Positions 17,532-25,915 of a DNA stretch of 32,603 nt are shown here, piece by piece (position 1 is the stretch's first letter; every line of letters begins with the position of its first letter). A program made the translations under genes and the position numbers. The notes under the pieces were generated by a model. It saw only the letters and a list, made by a program, of their open reading frames with translations. It ran no database searches and had not been told where the DNA came from. Source of the stretch: Armatimonadota bacterium (GTDB taxonomy: Bacteria > Armatimonadota > SYMT01); NCBI GenBank assembly GCA_046292385.1, contig JBKBRF010000027.1:62188-94790 (forward strand), read 5' to 3'.

Positions 17532-18428
17532 TCAGCCGTATTTCTCGTTCAGCACGTCCACCGCTCGCTTGCACTGCTCGGTCACCGCCCAGGCGTCGGG
17601 CCAGAAGCAGAGGTCGATCGTCCACCAGTCGTGGGGGACGCCGGACTGGTTGAGCTCGGGGATGAGCGCGTCGAAGTCGAGGAGGCCTTCTCCGATCGGG
17701 GCGTGGGTGGAGGTCTCGTCGTCGTGGAGCGTGCCGTCGGAGTCGATCAGGTGGACGTGCCCGATCCGGCCGCGCAGCCGCTGCGCCAGCTCCAGCGCGC
17801 CGCCGGGCAGCGTCTCCTTCTCGCCCGGCTGGCGGGCGCCGACGGCGGCGACCATGTGCGCGTGACAGGTGTCGAACATCACGCTGAAGTTGTCGCTCGC
17901 CACCTGGTCCAGGATCCGCTCGATGTCGGATGGCTTGTTGAACGCGAAGCCGGGCTCGAACTCCCACACCACCCGCACGCCGGCGGCGGCCGCCCGCTCG
18001 GAGCACTCTCGCCAGGTGTGGACCACCCGGTCCCGCCCGGTGATGGGGTGGACCTCTTCCAGGATGGAGGGCGGCTGGACCGTATCGACGCGGATCGTGT
18101 CGATCCCCAGGTCGCGGCAGAAGTCGACGTTCTTCTGGAACTCCGCGATGTAGGGGCCGGGATCGTCCGTGTTGATCAGCTTCTGGCTCCAGAGGTCGGC
18201 CGCCAGCCCGGAACACCCGAGGTTCCGCTCCTTAAGCTGCCGCACCACCTCCTCCCGCTGCTCTTTCGTCGGCAGGTCGTTCGGGTTCGGGTGGGGCGGA
18301 AACCCGCCCAGCTCCACGCCCTGAAAGCCGAGGGCGGCGAGCTTGTCCAGGACCTCGGTCCAGGGGACCGGATGCTCCGCGTACGGGCCGATGGTATACG
18401 CCCAGCTGCCGATCGAGATTCGCTTCAC
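17532..18428 (-). CDS. Sugar phosphate isomerase/epimerase (xylose isomerase-like TIM barrel)
   Basis: GTG start with GGAG RBS; GFQGVEL, WEFEPGF, FDTCHAH, HVHLIDSD. Confidence 0.88.
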   Translation of the reverse strand: MKRISIGSWAYTIGPYAEHPVPWTEVLDKLAALGFQGVELGGFPPHPNPNDLPTKEQREEVVRQLKERNLGCSGLAADLWSQKLINTDDPGPYIAEFQKNVDFCRDLGIDTIRVDTVQPPSILEEVHPITGRDRVVHTWRECSERAAAAGVRVVWEFEPGFAFNKPSDIERILDQVASDNFSVMFDTCHAHMVAAVGARQPGEKETLPGGALELAQRLRGRIGHVHLIDSDGTLHDDETSTHAPIGEGLLDFDALIPELNQSGVPHDWWTIDLCFWPDAWAVTEQCKRAVDVLNEKYG

Positions 18429-18454
18429 GAGTGGCTCCGTTTCTGAAAAACCAG

Positions 18455-19687
18455 CTACTGCAAGCGGTAGGCGCCGACTTCCGGGATGCCAGGGGACTGC
18501 TCCGGGCCGAAGTAGCGGAGGGTGACCAGCGGCTCGGTGCCGGTGTTCACGACTTCCACGCCTGCCTGCGCGGCGGGCTGGGTGATGAAGACCTCGTCCT
18601 GCGTCATCTCGCCGAAGCGGATCATCACCGGCGTCTGGAGGGGGAGCTTGCCGATGCGGCCGCTCCCCTGCACGGCGATCAGCCCGGAGGCGCCGTGGTC
18701 GCGAATCACCGCCCGGGTGCCGGGCTGGACCGTCAGCTCCTTCGCGCTGAAGAGGCTTTCGCCGCCGATGCGGCCGTAGACGATCCAGCGGTCCTCGTAG
18801 CCGGCTTCCGGGCCGCCGTCCGCCAGGATCGGCTCCAGGTAGTGGTTCGCCTTAAAGGAGGGATCGACGTTCCCTTCCCAGTCGAGCTGGGAGATGATGA
18901 AGTCGAGATCGTCCGCCTTCTCCTTCGGCACGTCCTTCACCAGCAGGTCCCAGGACACGGCGCGGCCCTCGACCATCGACTGCCACATGCCGAAGACGTC
19001 GGAGCCCCACTGCGGCTCGTAGGTGAGGAGCGAGCCGGGCGCGTGGAGCACGCACGGCGGCACCAGCCAGCCGGTCCCGGGCTTGAGCCGGTAGGCGCGG
19101 CTCAGGTCGAGGATGCCGTTGTCGCCCTCATTCCAGCGCTCCAGGCAGCGGCGCACCTGCTCCTTGGTGGTGCCCGGCTCCAGCCCGAAGAAGGTGTAAG
19201 GAAAGTTGTTCCCCACGTTGTTGAGCTGCGGCGGGAAGTAGTACGACTCCGGCTTGCCCTGCTGGCCCACCAGCGCCGCCTGCTCGTCGTTCTGGTGCAT
19301 GTGGTGGGGGATGGGGCCCATGTTGTCGAAGAACTTGCTGTAGACCGGCCACCGCCCGTACTTCGACATCAGCTCCGCGCCGATGATCCGGTCGCCCGCC
19401 GCCTCCACCGCGTCCCGCAGCGTGAACCGGCCCTCGCCGTCCACCACGTAGCTCAGCCCCTCGTCCGGCGGCGCGCCCTCGTTCATCGCCACCGTCGTGG
19501 AGGAGAACCACCGCTCGTCGATCCCGCCGCGGTCGGTTCCGAGCGCGTAGTAGTCGTTCGGATGCAGCTTCAGGCGCCGGCCCGGCATCAGGAACGAGCG
19601 CGGCACCCAGTTGGGCGCCAGCCGGAGCAGGCCTTCGCCCGCTTCGATCGCCGCGTGGACTCTCTTCTCGAAATTCGCGTCTGGCAT
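18455..19687 (-). CDS. Conserved hypothetical cupin protein, type I phosphomannose-isomerase-like
   Basis: ERW...EGLS; HHMHQ...KPESYY...PPCVLHAPG...YEPQ..SD resembles the PMI/cupin metal-ligand layout. Start placed at ATG 19687 (MPDANF). Confidence 0.7.
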   Translation of the reverse strand: MPDANFEKRVHAAIEAGEGLLRLAPNWVPRSFLMPGRRLKLHPNDYYALGTDRGGIDERWFSSTTVAMNEGAPPDEGLSYVVDGEGRFTLRDAVEAAGDRIIGAELMSKYGRWPVYSKFFDNMGPIPHHMHQNDEQAALVGQQGKPESYYFPPQLNNVGNNFPYTFFGLEPGTTKEQVRRCLERWNEGDNGILDLSRAYRLKPGTGWLVPPCVLHAPGSLLTYEPQWGSDVFGMWQSMVEGRAVSWDLLVKDVPKEKADDLDFIISQLDWEGNVDPSFKANHYLEPILADGGPEAGYEDRWIVYGRIGGESLFSAKELTVQPGTRAVIRDHGASGLIAVQGSGRIGKLPLQTPVMIRFGEMTQDEVFITQPAAQAGVEVVNTGTEPLVTLRYFGPEQSPGIPEVGAYRLQ

Positions 19688-19904
19688 GATGGGAGTGGTC
19701 CGCCCGTCGCGCGGAAAAGGGGCCGCGCTACCGCACGGTTCGGCGACCACCCGCGGGCTTCCTCGGTCTTTACGCCACTTCCCATGGCGCCCGAAAGCCC
19801 CGTTTTCAAGCGCGCCTTCCCGCTGCGGGCCGGGGCGGGGCCAGCCCGTGCCGGGTACAATGGGGACAGGAGCCTCCCCCTCGCGGCTCCACCTGGGAAG
19901 CCCC

Positions 19905-20468
19905 ATGCGCCTGGATCACGATCACCTGAAGCAGGACCGGACCCCCGCGCCTCCCGCGCCGGGAATGCAGCTTAGCCAGGACGACCTGTCTCGCCTGATG
20001 AGCGAGGCGATTGCCCGGCACGGGCAGCAGCAGCGGGAGCTGGAGCGTCGGGCGGAGGTCGCTACTCTGGACGACGCGCTGGAGATCGCGCGGCAGCTCG
20101 ATATTCCGGCGGAACACGTGCTGGCGATCGCCACGCGAATGATGCGGGAGCGCACGGCACCGCAGCGCAAGCAGGTAGTGAAGGCCCGCCGGCGGCGGAC
20201 CTTCTTCATGGCGGCGGGCCTGGCCGCCGGATTCCTGGCGGGGGCGGTCGTGCTCCAGGTCGTCCCGGTCTGGCTGGCGATCGTCGGGGCCGCCCTGATC
20301 CTCGCCGCGGCGGGGATCCGCATGGCGATGCCGGTCTCGGATGCCGACGCGGAGGGCGTCGAGCTGGCGCCGCGGCCCGGGGTCTGCCGGGTCTGCGGAG
20401 ACGCGGCGCAGTCTCCGGCTTCCACCTTCTGCGAGGCGCACCGCTACCGCGGACCGGGGGCCCAATGA
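19905..20468 (+). CDS. Hypothetical two-TM membrane protein with C-terminal CxxC...CxxH motif
   Basis: Helical N-terminus, two hydrophobic segments, CRVC...FCEAH; ATGA overlap with apbE; TACAAT at 19856-19861 upstream. Confidence 0.7.
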   Translation: MRLDHDHLKQDRTPAPPAPGMQLSQDDLSRLMSEAIARHGQQQRELERRAEVATLDDALEIARQLDIPAEHVLAIATRMMRERTAPQRKQVVKARRRRTFFMAAGLAAGFLAGAVVLQVVPVWLAIVGAALILAAAGIRMAMPVSDADAEGVELAPRPGVCRVCGDAAQSPASTFCEAHRYRGPGAQ

Positions 20469-21460
20469 CGGAGGAGCCCGAGATCGCCGGCGGCAGCGCC
20501 GGGCCGGAAAACGCTCCGGGTTATCCGCACGTCATCGTGGCCCGCGCGGCGATGAACACGAGGTGGGAGATCGTGCTCCCGGGTGAGGACGCCCGCTTCC
20601 TCCGCGCCGCCGCGGGCGTGGCTCTCGACGAAGTCGACCGTCTCGAGGCCCAACTCTCCATCTACCGCGAGTCAAGCGAGGTCTCCGGCCTGAATGCCTA
20701 CGCGGCGGAAGGGCCGGTGCCGGTAGAGCCGCAGCTCTTCCGGCTGCTGCAGCGGGCGGTCGAGCTGAGCCGCGACACCGAGGGCGCCTTCGATCCCACG
20801 CTCGGGCCGCTGCTGCGCGCCTGGGGCTTCATCGGCGGGAGCGGCTCGCTCCCCGATCCGGCGGCGGTGGCCGCGGCGCGGGAGCTGACCGGCGCCGGGC
20901 TGCTGGAGCTGGACGAGGAGGCGTTCACGCTGCAGTTCGCGCGGGAGGGAGTGTGGCTCGACCTCGGCGCGATCGGCAAGGGGTACGCGGTCGACCGCGC
21001 CGTGCGGGAGCTGGAGCTGGTCGAGATCACCACCGGGCTGGTGCACGCCGGCACGAGCACGGTCTACGGTCTCGGCGCGCCGCCGGAGGCGGAGGGCTGG
21101 AGCGTCGCGCTCCGCGACCCGCGCCGGGAGGAGTACGCCGCGCTGGGGCGGGTCTGCCTGCGAGACCGCGCGCTCTCCGTCTCCGCGCCCCATGGCAAGT
21201 CGTTCCGGGAGGGCGACCGCCTTTACGGGCACGTGCTCGATCCACGCACCGGGGAGCCGACCCACGGCGCGCTCCTTTCCGCGGTGGCGCACCCTTCCGC
21301 CACCGTCACCGACGCCCTCTCCACCGGGCTGCTCGTCCTCGGCGCCGCCGGGCTCTCGCGGCTGGCGGATCGCTACCCGGATGCCGACTTCCTGGTACTG
21401 GATGAGCAGGGAGCGGCGCATACCGCGGGTGCCGGGAAGTGGGACCTACGGCTTTCCTGA
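20465..21460 (+). CDS. apbE: FAD:protein FMN transferase (ApbE family)
   Basis: AMNT, S.YRESSEVS.LN, GAFDPTLGPL..AWGF, LDLGAIGKGYAVD, HVLDPRTG, DALST. Confidence 0.93.
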   Translation: MTEEPEIAGGSAGPENAPGYPHVIVARAAMNTRWEIVLPGEDARFLRAAAGVALDEVDRLEAQLSIYRESSEVSGLNAYAAEGPVPVEPQLFRLLQRAVELSRDTEGAFDPTLGPLLRAWGFIGGSGSLPDPAAVAAARELTGAGLLELDEEAFTLQFAREGVWLDLGAIGKGYAVDRAVRELELVEITTGLVHAGTSTVYGLGAPPEAEGWSVALRDPRREEYAALGRVCLRDRALSVSAPHGKSFREGDRLYGHVLDPRTGEPTHGALLSAVAHPSATVTDALSTGLLVLGAAGLSRLADRYPDADFLVLDEQGAAHTAGAGKWDLRLS

Positions 21461-21531
21461 CCCGCCCGCAACCGCAGCGCGCTCCGCTTCCGTAACTCAT
21501 GGCGGGGCGCATCCGCCCCGGGGAGCCGTCG

Positions 21532-22878
21532 ATGCCGCAGTTACCGATCTCCAGTCCGCTCCGCACCGCCGCCTTCGTCGGGGTGCCGTGCCTCGCCCTC
21601 GCCGCCGGCGCCGTGCTCCTGCTGCCGCGAGCCACCCCGGAGAAGAGCTCCGCGCCGGTACCGGCGGCGGAGATGGCGGCCGCGAAGGCGGTCAAGAAGG
21701 CCCCGGTCAATGGATCGGTCCGGATCGGGCTCCGCAGCATCAGCGGGCGGACGTCGGTCGGGCTGCGCGCCGCCACGCGCGGGCAGCTCCTGAACGCCGC
21801 GGGCAAGAAGCTGCGCAGCCTGCCGGCCGACAAGCCGATCTGGCTGACGGCCGACTTCTCCGAGCAGAAGGTGCGCGTGCGCGGCCCCGGCTTCGAGGTG
21901 AGCGAGCCGGAGGTGGTGCTCGCCGCCAGCCGGCTCCGCATTGGGGATCGGCGCTACCCCGGCCGGGTGCGCGTCCGCCTATCCGGCACCGGCCTCTCCT
22001 TGATCAACGAGCTCGACATCGAGCAGTATCTGGAGGGCGTGCTCCCCGGCGAGTTGCCGCGCGGCTTCGGCATGGAAGCGCAGAAGGCGCAGGCGGTGGC
22101 CGCCCGCACCTACGCGCTGGTCCAGCGGGGGAAGCACGGCGAGTACGACCTCTGCGACATTACCTGCTGCCAGATGTACCTGGGACAGTCGTCCCATTCC
22201 CGGCGCGGCCTGGCGGCGGTGCGCGCCACGGCGCGCCTCTGCCTGTGGCAGGACGATGAGCTGGCGTACACCTTCTACTCCGCCGACTGCGGCGGCATCA
22301 GCACTCGCGTCGAAGACGTGCCGCTCAAGGACAAGCCGGAACACCCGCTGCCGTATCTCACCGTGGTGAAGGACGCCCCCGCCCGCGGCGCCGACTACTG
22401 CGCTTCCAGTCCCTTCCACCAGTGGACGCGCCGCGTGAGCTGGGCCGACCTGGAGTCTCGCCTGAACGCCTGGGAGACCACCTATATCGGGAAGCTGAGA
22501 GGCGTGGAGGTGGCGAAGACCGACGACTCCGGACGCGTCACCGAGATCCGGCTTACCGGATTCGAAGCGCCGGTCGAGTCCACCGCCAGCGCCGCCGGCG
22601 TCCTGGGCGGCGATGCCGCGGCGGAGCCGAAGCCGGTGGAGCGGGTCATCACCGGGTGGAGCTTTCGGAACGCGGTGGGGGCCCGCACCCTCCTCTCGAC
22701 CCTCTTCCAGATCGACGCGTCCGACCCGCAGCAGGTGCGGTTCCAGGGCCGGGGCAACGGCCATGGGCTCGGCCTCTGCCAGATCGGCGCGAACGGGATG
22801 AGCGGGAAAGGGGCCAGCTTCCGCGAGATTCTGGCCCACTACTACCCGGGCACCCGCCTGGAGAAAGTGGCTCGGTAG
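21532..22878 (+). CDS. SpoIID/LytB domain protein (lytic transglycosylase family)
   Basis: GGGAG RBS before ATG 21532; N-terminal TM; YLEGVLPGE, EAQKAQAVAARTY, CQMY, GHGLGLCQIGA, ILAHYYPG. Confidence 0.93.
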   Translation: MPQLPISSPLRTAAFVGVPCLALAAGAVLLLPRATPEKSSAPVPAAEMAAAKAVKKAPVNGSVRIGLRSISGRTSVGLRAATRGQLLNAAGKKLRSLPADKPIWLTADFSEQKVRVRGPGFEVSEPEVVLAASRLRIGDRRYPGRVRVRLSGTGLSLINELDIEQYLEGVLPGELPRGFGMEAQKAQAVAARTYALVQRGKHGEYDLCDITCCQMYLGQSSHSRRGLAAVRATARLCLWQDDELAYTFYSADCGGISTRVEDVPLKDKPEHPLPYLTVVKDAPARGADYCASSPFHQWTRRVSWADLESRLNAWETTYIGKLRGVEVAKTDDSGRVTEIRLTGFEAPVESTASAAGVLGGDAAAEPKPVERVITGWSFRNAVGARTLLSTLFQIDASDPQQVRFQGRGNGHGLGLCQIGANGMSGKGASFREILAHYYPGTRLEKVAR

Positions 22879-22987
22879 CTCGGCGTCACTTTCCGGAACC
22901 GGGCGTATCGCGTTCTGCGGATTATAGGGGGACGACCGGCGCGGTCCCGAGACACCCGGCGGCACCGGCGGGTTGAAGGAGTTGGCG

Positions 22988-23122
22988 ATGAAGCGGATTA
23001 TCGTGATGGTGACCCTGGCAGTGGCGACGGTGGGGATGGCGTACTGGATCGAGAAGAGCGCGCGGCCCGACACGGGCAGGCAGGGCGTGCAGGTCCAGGG
23101 CGAGTCCGGCCACGCGCACTGA
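22988..23122 (+). CDS. Small membrane/exported protein (44 aa), not in the ORF track
   Basis: AAGGAG RBS; MKRIIVMVTLAVATVGMAYWIEKSARPDTGRQGVQVQGESGHAH*; GC-rich third codon positions. Confidence 0.7.
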   Translation: MKRIIVMVTLAVATVGMAYWIEKSARPDTGRQGVQVQGESGHAH

Positions 23123-23126
23123 AATC

Positions 23127-23152
23127 AGGGTCTAGGGTCTAGGGTCTAGGGT
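23127..23152. repeat. Heptanucleotide tandem repeat (AGGGTCT)x3.7
   Basis: Direct reading: AGGGTCT AGGGTCT AGGGTCT AGGGT. Confidence 0.85.
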
Positions 23153-23202
23153 GGCCGGGGTAGCCCGCCGGCCGGTGGTCGATCTACGCGCTCCGCTGCC
23201 GC

Positions 23203-23310
23203 CTACCGATTCCGGCGGGAGGAGGCGGCGAGTGCGATGATGCCGGCGACTACGGCGCCGACGAGGGCGAGGGCGACCAGCCCCAGCAGGGCCCAACTGG
23301 GGGTCATCAT
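23203..23310 (-). CDS. Small single-TM protein (35 aa), not in the ORF track
   Basis: GGAG upstream; MMTPSWALLGLVALALVGAVVAGIIALAASSRRNR*; a TM helix with a basic tail. Confidence 0.6.
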   Translation of the reverse strand: MMTPSWALLGLVALALVGAVVAGIIALAASSRRNR

Positions 23311-23440
23311 TTCGGTTACTCTCCGGCACGCCATTCATTGGCACGTCGCGGCGTGCTCCTTTCCCTAGGAACGAGTGAGGAGCCGCCGGGTTACGGTCGC
23401 AGGAGGAAAACGGCCGGACGCCGAACCGGTCCGCGTTTCC

Positions 23441-24286
23441 ATGTCGCGCGCCCAAACCCTCTCTCGATCAATCCGGGCCCGGCCCTGGCTTGCGCTGGGG
23501 CTCCTTATCGCCGCCTGCGTGATCGCCGCCGCGGTTTTTGCCCCGTGGCTAACCGCCCACGACCCGACCGCGCAGCTTCCGGTCGGGCGCCCCGTGCCCC
23601 CCAGCGCGGAGCATCCGCTCGGCACCGATTCGCTGGGGCGCGACGTGCTGAGCCGGCTGCTCTACGGCGCGCGGCTGAGCCTGATCGTCGGCCTCGGGGC
23701 CGCGCTGCTCGCGCTGGCGCTGGGGATGACCGTGGGGGTGGCCGCGGGCTATTTCGGGGGGTGGGTCGAAGCGGCGCTGATGCGGCTCACCGACGTCGTG
23801 ATGGCATTCCCCGCCATCCTGCTGGCGCTGGCGGCGGCGGCGGTGCTGCCGCGGGAGGGGTTAACCCGGAGCGTGCTGACGCTGCTCCTGGTGATCGGCC
23901 TCATCAACTGGGCCGGCGCCGCCCGCATCTTCCGCAGTGAGACGCTCTCGCTCCGGGAGCGGCTCTACGTCGACGCCTCCCGCGCCCTGGGCGCCTCGCA
24001 CGGCCGCATCCTCTTCCGCCACGTGCTGCCGCACCTGCTCTCCACCGGGCTGGTGGTCGGCAGCCTCGGGACCGCCACCACGATCCTGCTCGACGCCGGC
24101 CTGGCGTTCCTGGGGGTGGGGGTGCCGGCGCCGCATCCTACCTGGGGCGGGCTGCTGCAGGACGCGCAGCAGTGGTACCCGGTCGCGCCGTGGCTGGCGG
24201 TCTACCCCGGGCTGGCGGTGGTGCTCACGGTTGCCGCGTTCAACCTGATCGCCTTCGACCTGCGCCGCAATGGAGACGGCGCGTAG
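23441..24286 (+). CDS. Peptide/nickel ABC transporter permease (OppC/DppC-like)
   Basis: HPLGTDSLGRDVLSRLLYGARLSL; EAA-type loop YVDASRALGAS; PTWG. Start 23441 or 23375. Confidence 0.93.
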   Translation: MSRAQTLSRSIRARPWLALGLLIAACVIAAAVFAPWLTAHDPTAQLPVGRPVPPSAEHPLGTDSLGRDVLSRLLYGARLSLIVGLGAALLALALGMTVGVAAGYFGGWVEAALMRLTDVVMAFPAILLALAAAAVLPREGLTRSVLTLLLVIGLINWAGAARIFRSETLSLRERLYVDASRALGASHGRILFRHVLPHLLSTGLVVGSLGTATTILLDAGLAFLGVGVPAPHPTWGGLLQDAQQWYPVAPWLAVYPGLAVVLTVAAFNLIAFDLRRNGDGA

Positions 24287-24367
24287 CGAGGCGGCGGCTG
24301 GTCTCTCGTGGGTCGCAGGGTTATGCTAAGGCGGGCGCATCGGCAGCGCCCGTGAGGGCAGATTCTC

Positions 24368-25915
24368 ATGACCCGTAGTTCCACTTTCTCTCGTGCTGCG
24401 CTGTGCGCGGCGGCGCTTGCCCTGGGCATCGCCGGCTGCAGCGGCGGCACCTCGCCTGGCGGCTCCGGCCCGGCTGCCGGCGGGGGTGTGCTGACCGTGG
24501 CGACCGCGGAAGAAGTGAAGACGGTCGACCCCGCGCTGGCGTACGACACCTGGTCGACGGCGGTGGTCCACGCCTGCACGCGGCGGCTGGTCGACTACGA
24601 CATGCAGGGCCAGATCGTGCCCGACCTGGCGGAGCGGTGGGACATCTCCGAGGACGGCAAGGTCTACACCTTCGCTCTGCGTAAGGACGCGAAGTTCTCC
24701 GACGGCACCCCGATCCAGGCGAAGCACTTCCAGGCGGCGATCGAGCGGGTGAAGAATCCGGATACCGCCTCGCCGGGCGCCGACTTCTACCGCGGGATCG
24801 ATTCGCTGGAGACACCGGACGAGCACACGCTCGTCGTGGTACTCGGCCAGCCGGATCCGACGCTGCTGAACGTCCTGGGCCTCACCTTCGCCGCGCCGAT
24901 TCCGGAGGGGGAGTCGGCGGCGAAGCCGCCCGCGAGCGGTCCGTACCAGGTGGAGAGCTTCGAGCAGGGCGCGCGAGCGGTCCTTTCCCGCAATCCGCAC
25001 GACCCGCGGGCGAGTGGAATGGTGGAGCGGATCGTGGTGCAGATGAACGTCGAGGAGTCGCTCCAGCGCACCCGCTTCCAGAACGGCGAGGTCGATCTCC
25101 TGCCGGCCGTTCCGCCGATGGACTACGCGCGGATCATGGCGATGCCGTCCGAGAAGGACAACGTCGCCCAGGGAGTGGTGAACCAGACCTGGTACTTCGG
25201 GATGAACACCCGCAAGGCGCCGTGGAACGACCCCCGCGTGCGCCACGCGGCGCTGCTGGCGATCAACCGGGCGCGGCACGTAGACATCGCCGGTCCCGGT
25301 CAGGTCGCGAACGGCATCCTGCCGCCCCACGTGCCCGGCTACGATCCGGAGCGGAAGCTGCCGGAGCCGGACCCGGAGCAGGCCCGGCGGCTACTCGCGG
25401 AGGCGGGTTACCCGAGCGGCTTGCCTGCCTCGATGAAGAGCACCATGTGGCTCGCTTCCACGCCACAGTACCGCCGCCACGCCGAGGCGATCCAGAGCGA
25501 TCTGCAGGCGGTCGGCATCCCGGTCGAGCTCCGCGCCGTCAGCTTCGGCGAGTACCTCACCGGGTACAAGCAGAAGGCCGACTGCTGGTACGGCGGCTGG
25601 TATCCCGATTTCCCGGACGCGGGCAACTTCCTGGAGCCGGTGCTGCACGGCCGCAGCATCCGCCCCGGCGGCCCGAACGTCGCCCGCTACGACAACCCGA
25701 AGGTCAATGCCCTGCTGGACCTGGCGCACACGATGCCGCGCGGGGAGAAGCGCCAGGCGCTCTACCGGCAGGCGGAGGACCAGATCCTGCTGGACCTGCC
25801 ATGGATCCCGCTCTACTTCGAGGTGGAGACGCGCTACTTCCGGGACGGCGTGCGGGGGGTGACCGTCCACCCGGTCTGGCGGCAGATGCTCACCGGAATC
25901 AGTAAGGGCGGCTGA
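24368..25915 (+). CDS. ABC transporter substrate-binding lipoprotein, family 5 (OppA/DppA-like)
   Basis: Lipobox IAGC; PDLAERWDISEDGKVYTFALRKDAKFSDGTP; GPY; GWYPDFPD. Confidence 0.93.
   Translation: MTRSSTFSRAALCAAALALGIAGCSGGTSPGGSGPAAGGGVLTVATAEEVKTVDPALAYDTWSTAVVHACTRRLVDYDMQGQIVPDLAERWDISEDGKVYTFALRKDAKFSDGTPIQAKHFQAAIERVKNPDTASPGADFYRGIDSLETPDEHTLVVVLGQPDPTLLNVLGLTFAAPIPEGESAAKPPASGPYQVESFEQGARAVLSRNPHDPRASGMVERIVVQMNVEESLQRTRFQNGEVDLLPAVPPMDYARIMAMPSEKDNVAQGVVNQTWYFGMNTRKAPWNDPRVRHAALLAINRARHVDIAGPGQVANGILPPHVPGYDPERKLPEPDPEQARRLLAEAGYPSGLPASMKSTMWLASTPQYRRHAEAIQSDLQAVGIPVELRAVSFGEYLTGYKQKADCWYGGWYPDFPDAGNFLEPVLHGRSIRPGGPNVARYDNPKVNALLDLAHTMPRGEKRQALYRQAEDQILLDLPWIPLYFEVETRYFRDGVRGVTVHPVWRQMLTGISKGG

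Noticed and set aside
21532..22878. Evidence of sporulation from spoIID
   Set aside because: SpoIID/LytB domains are widespread in non-sporulating bacteria, and no other sporulation genes are present.
23132..23455. 107-aa minus-strand ORF from the track
   Set aside because: Arg/Pro-rich and overlaps the permease start; the 35-aa TM ORF in another frame explains the region better.
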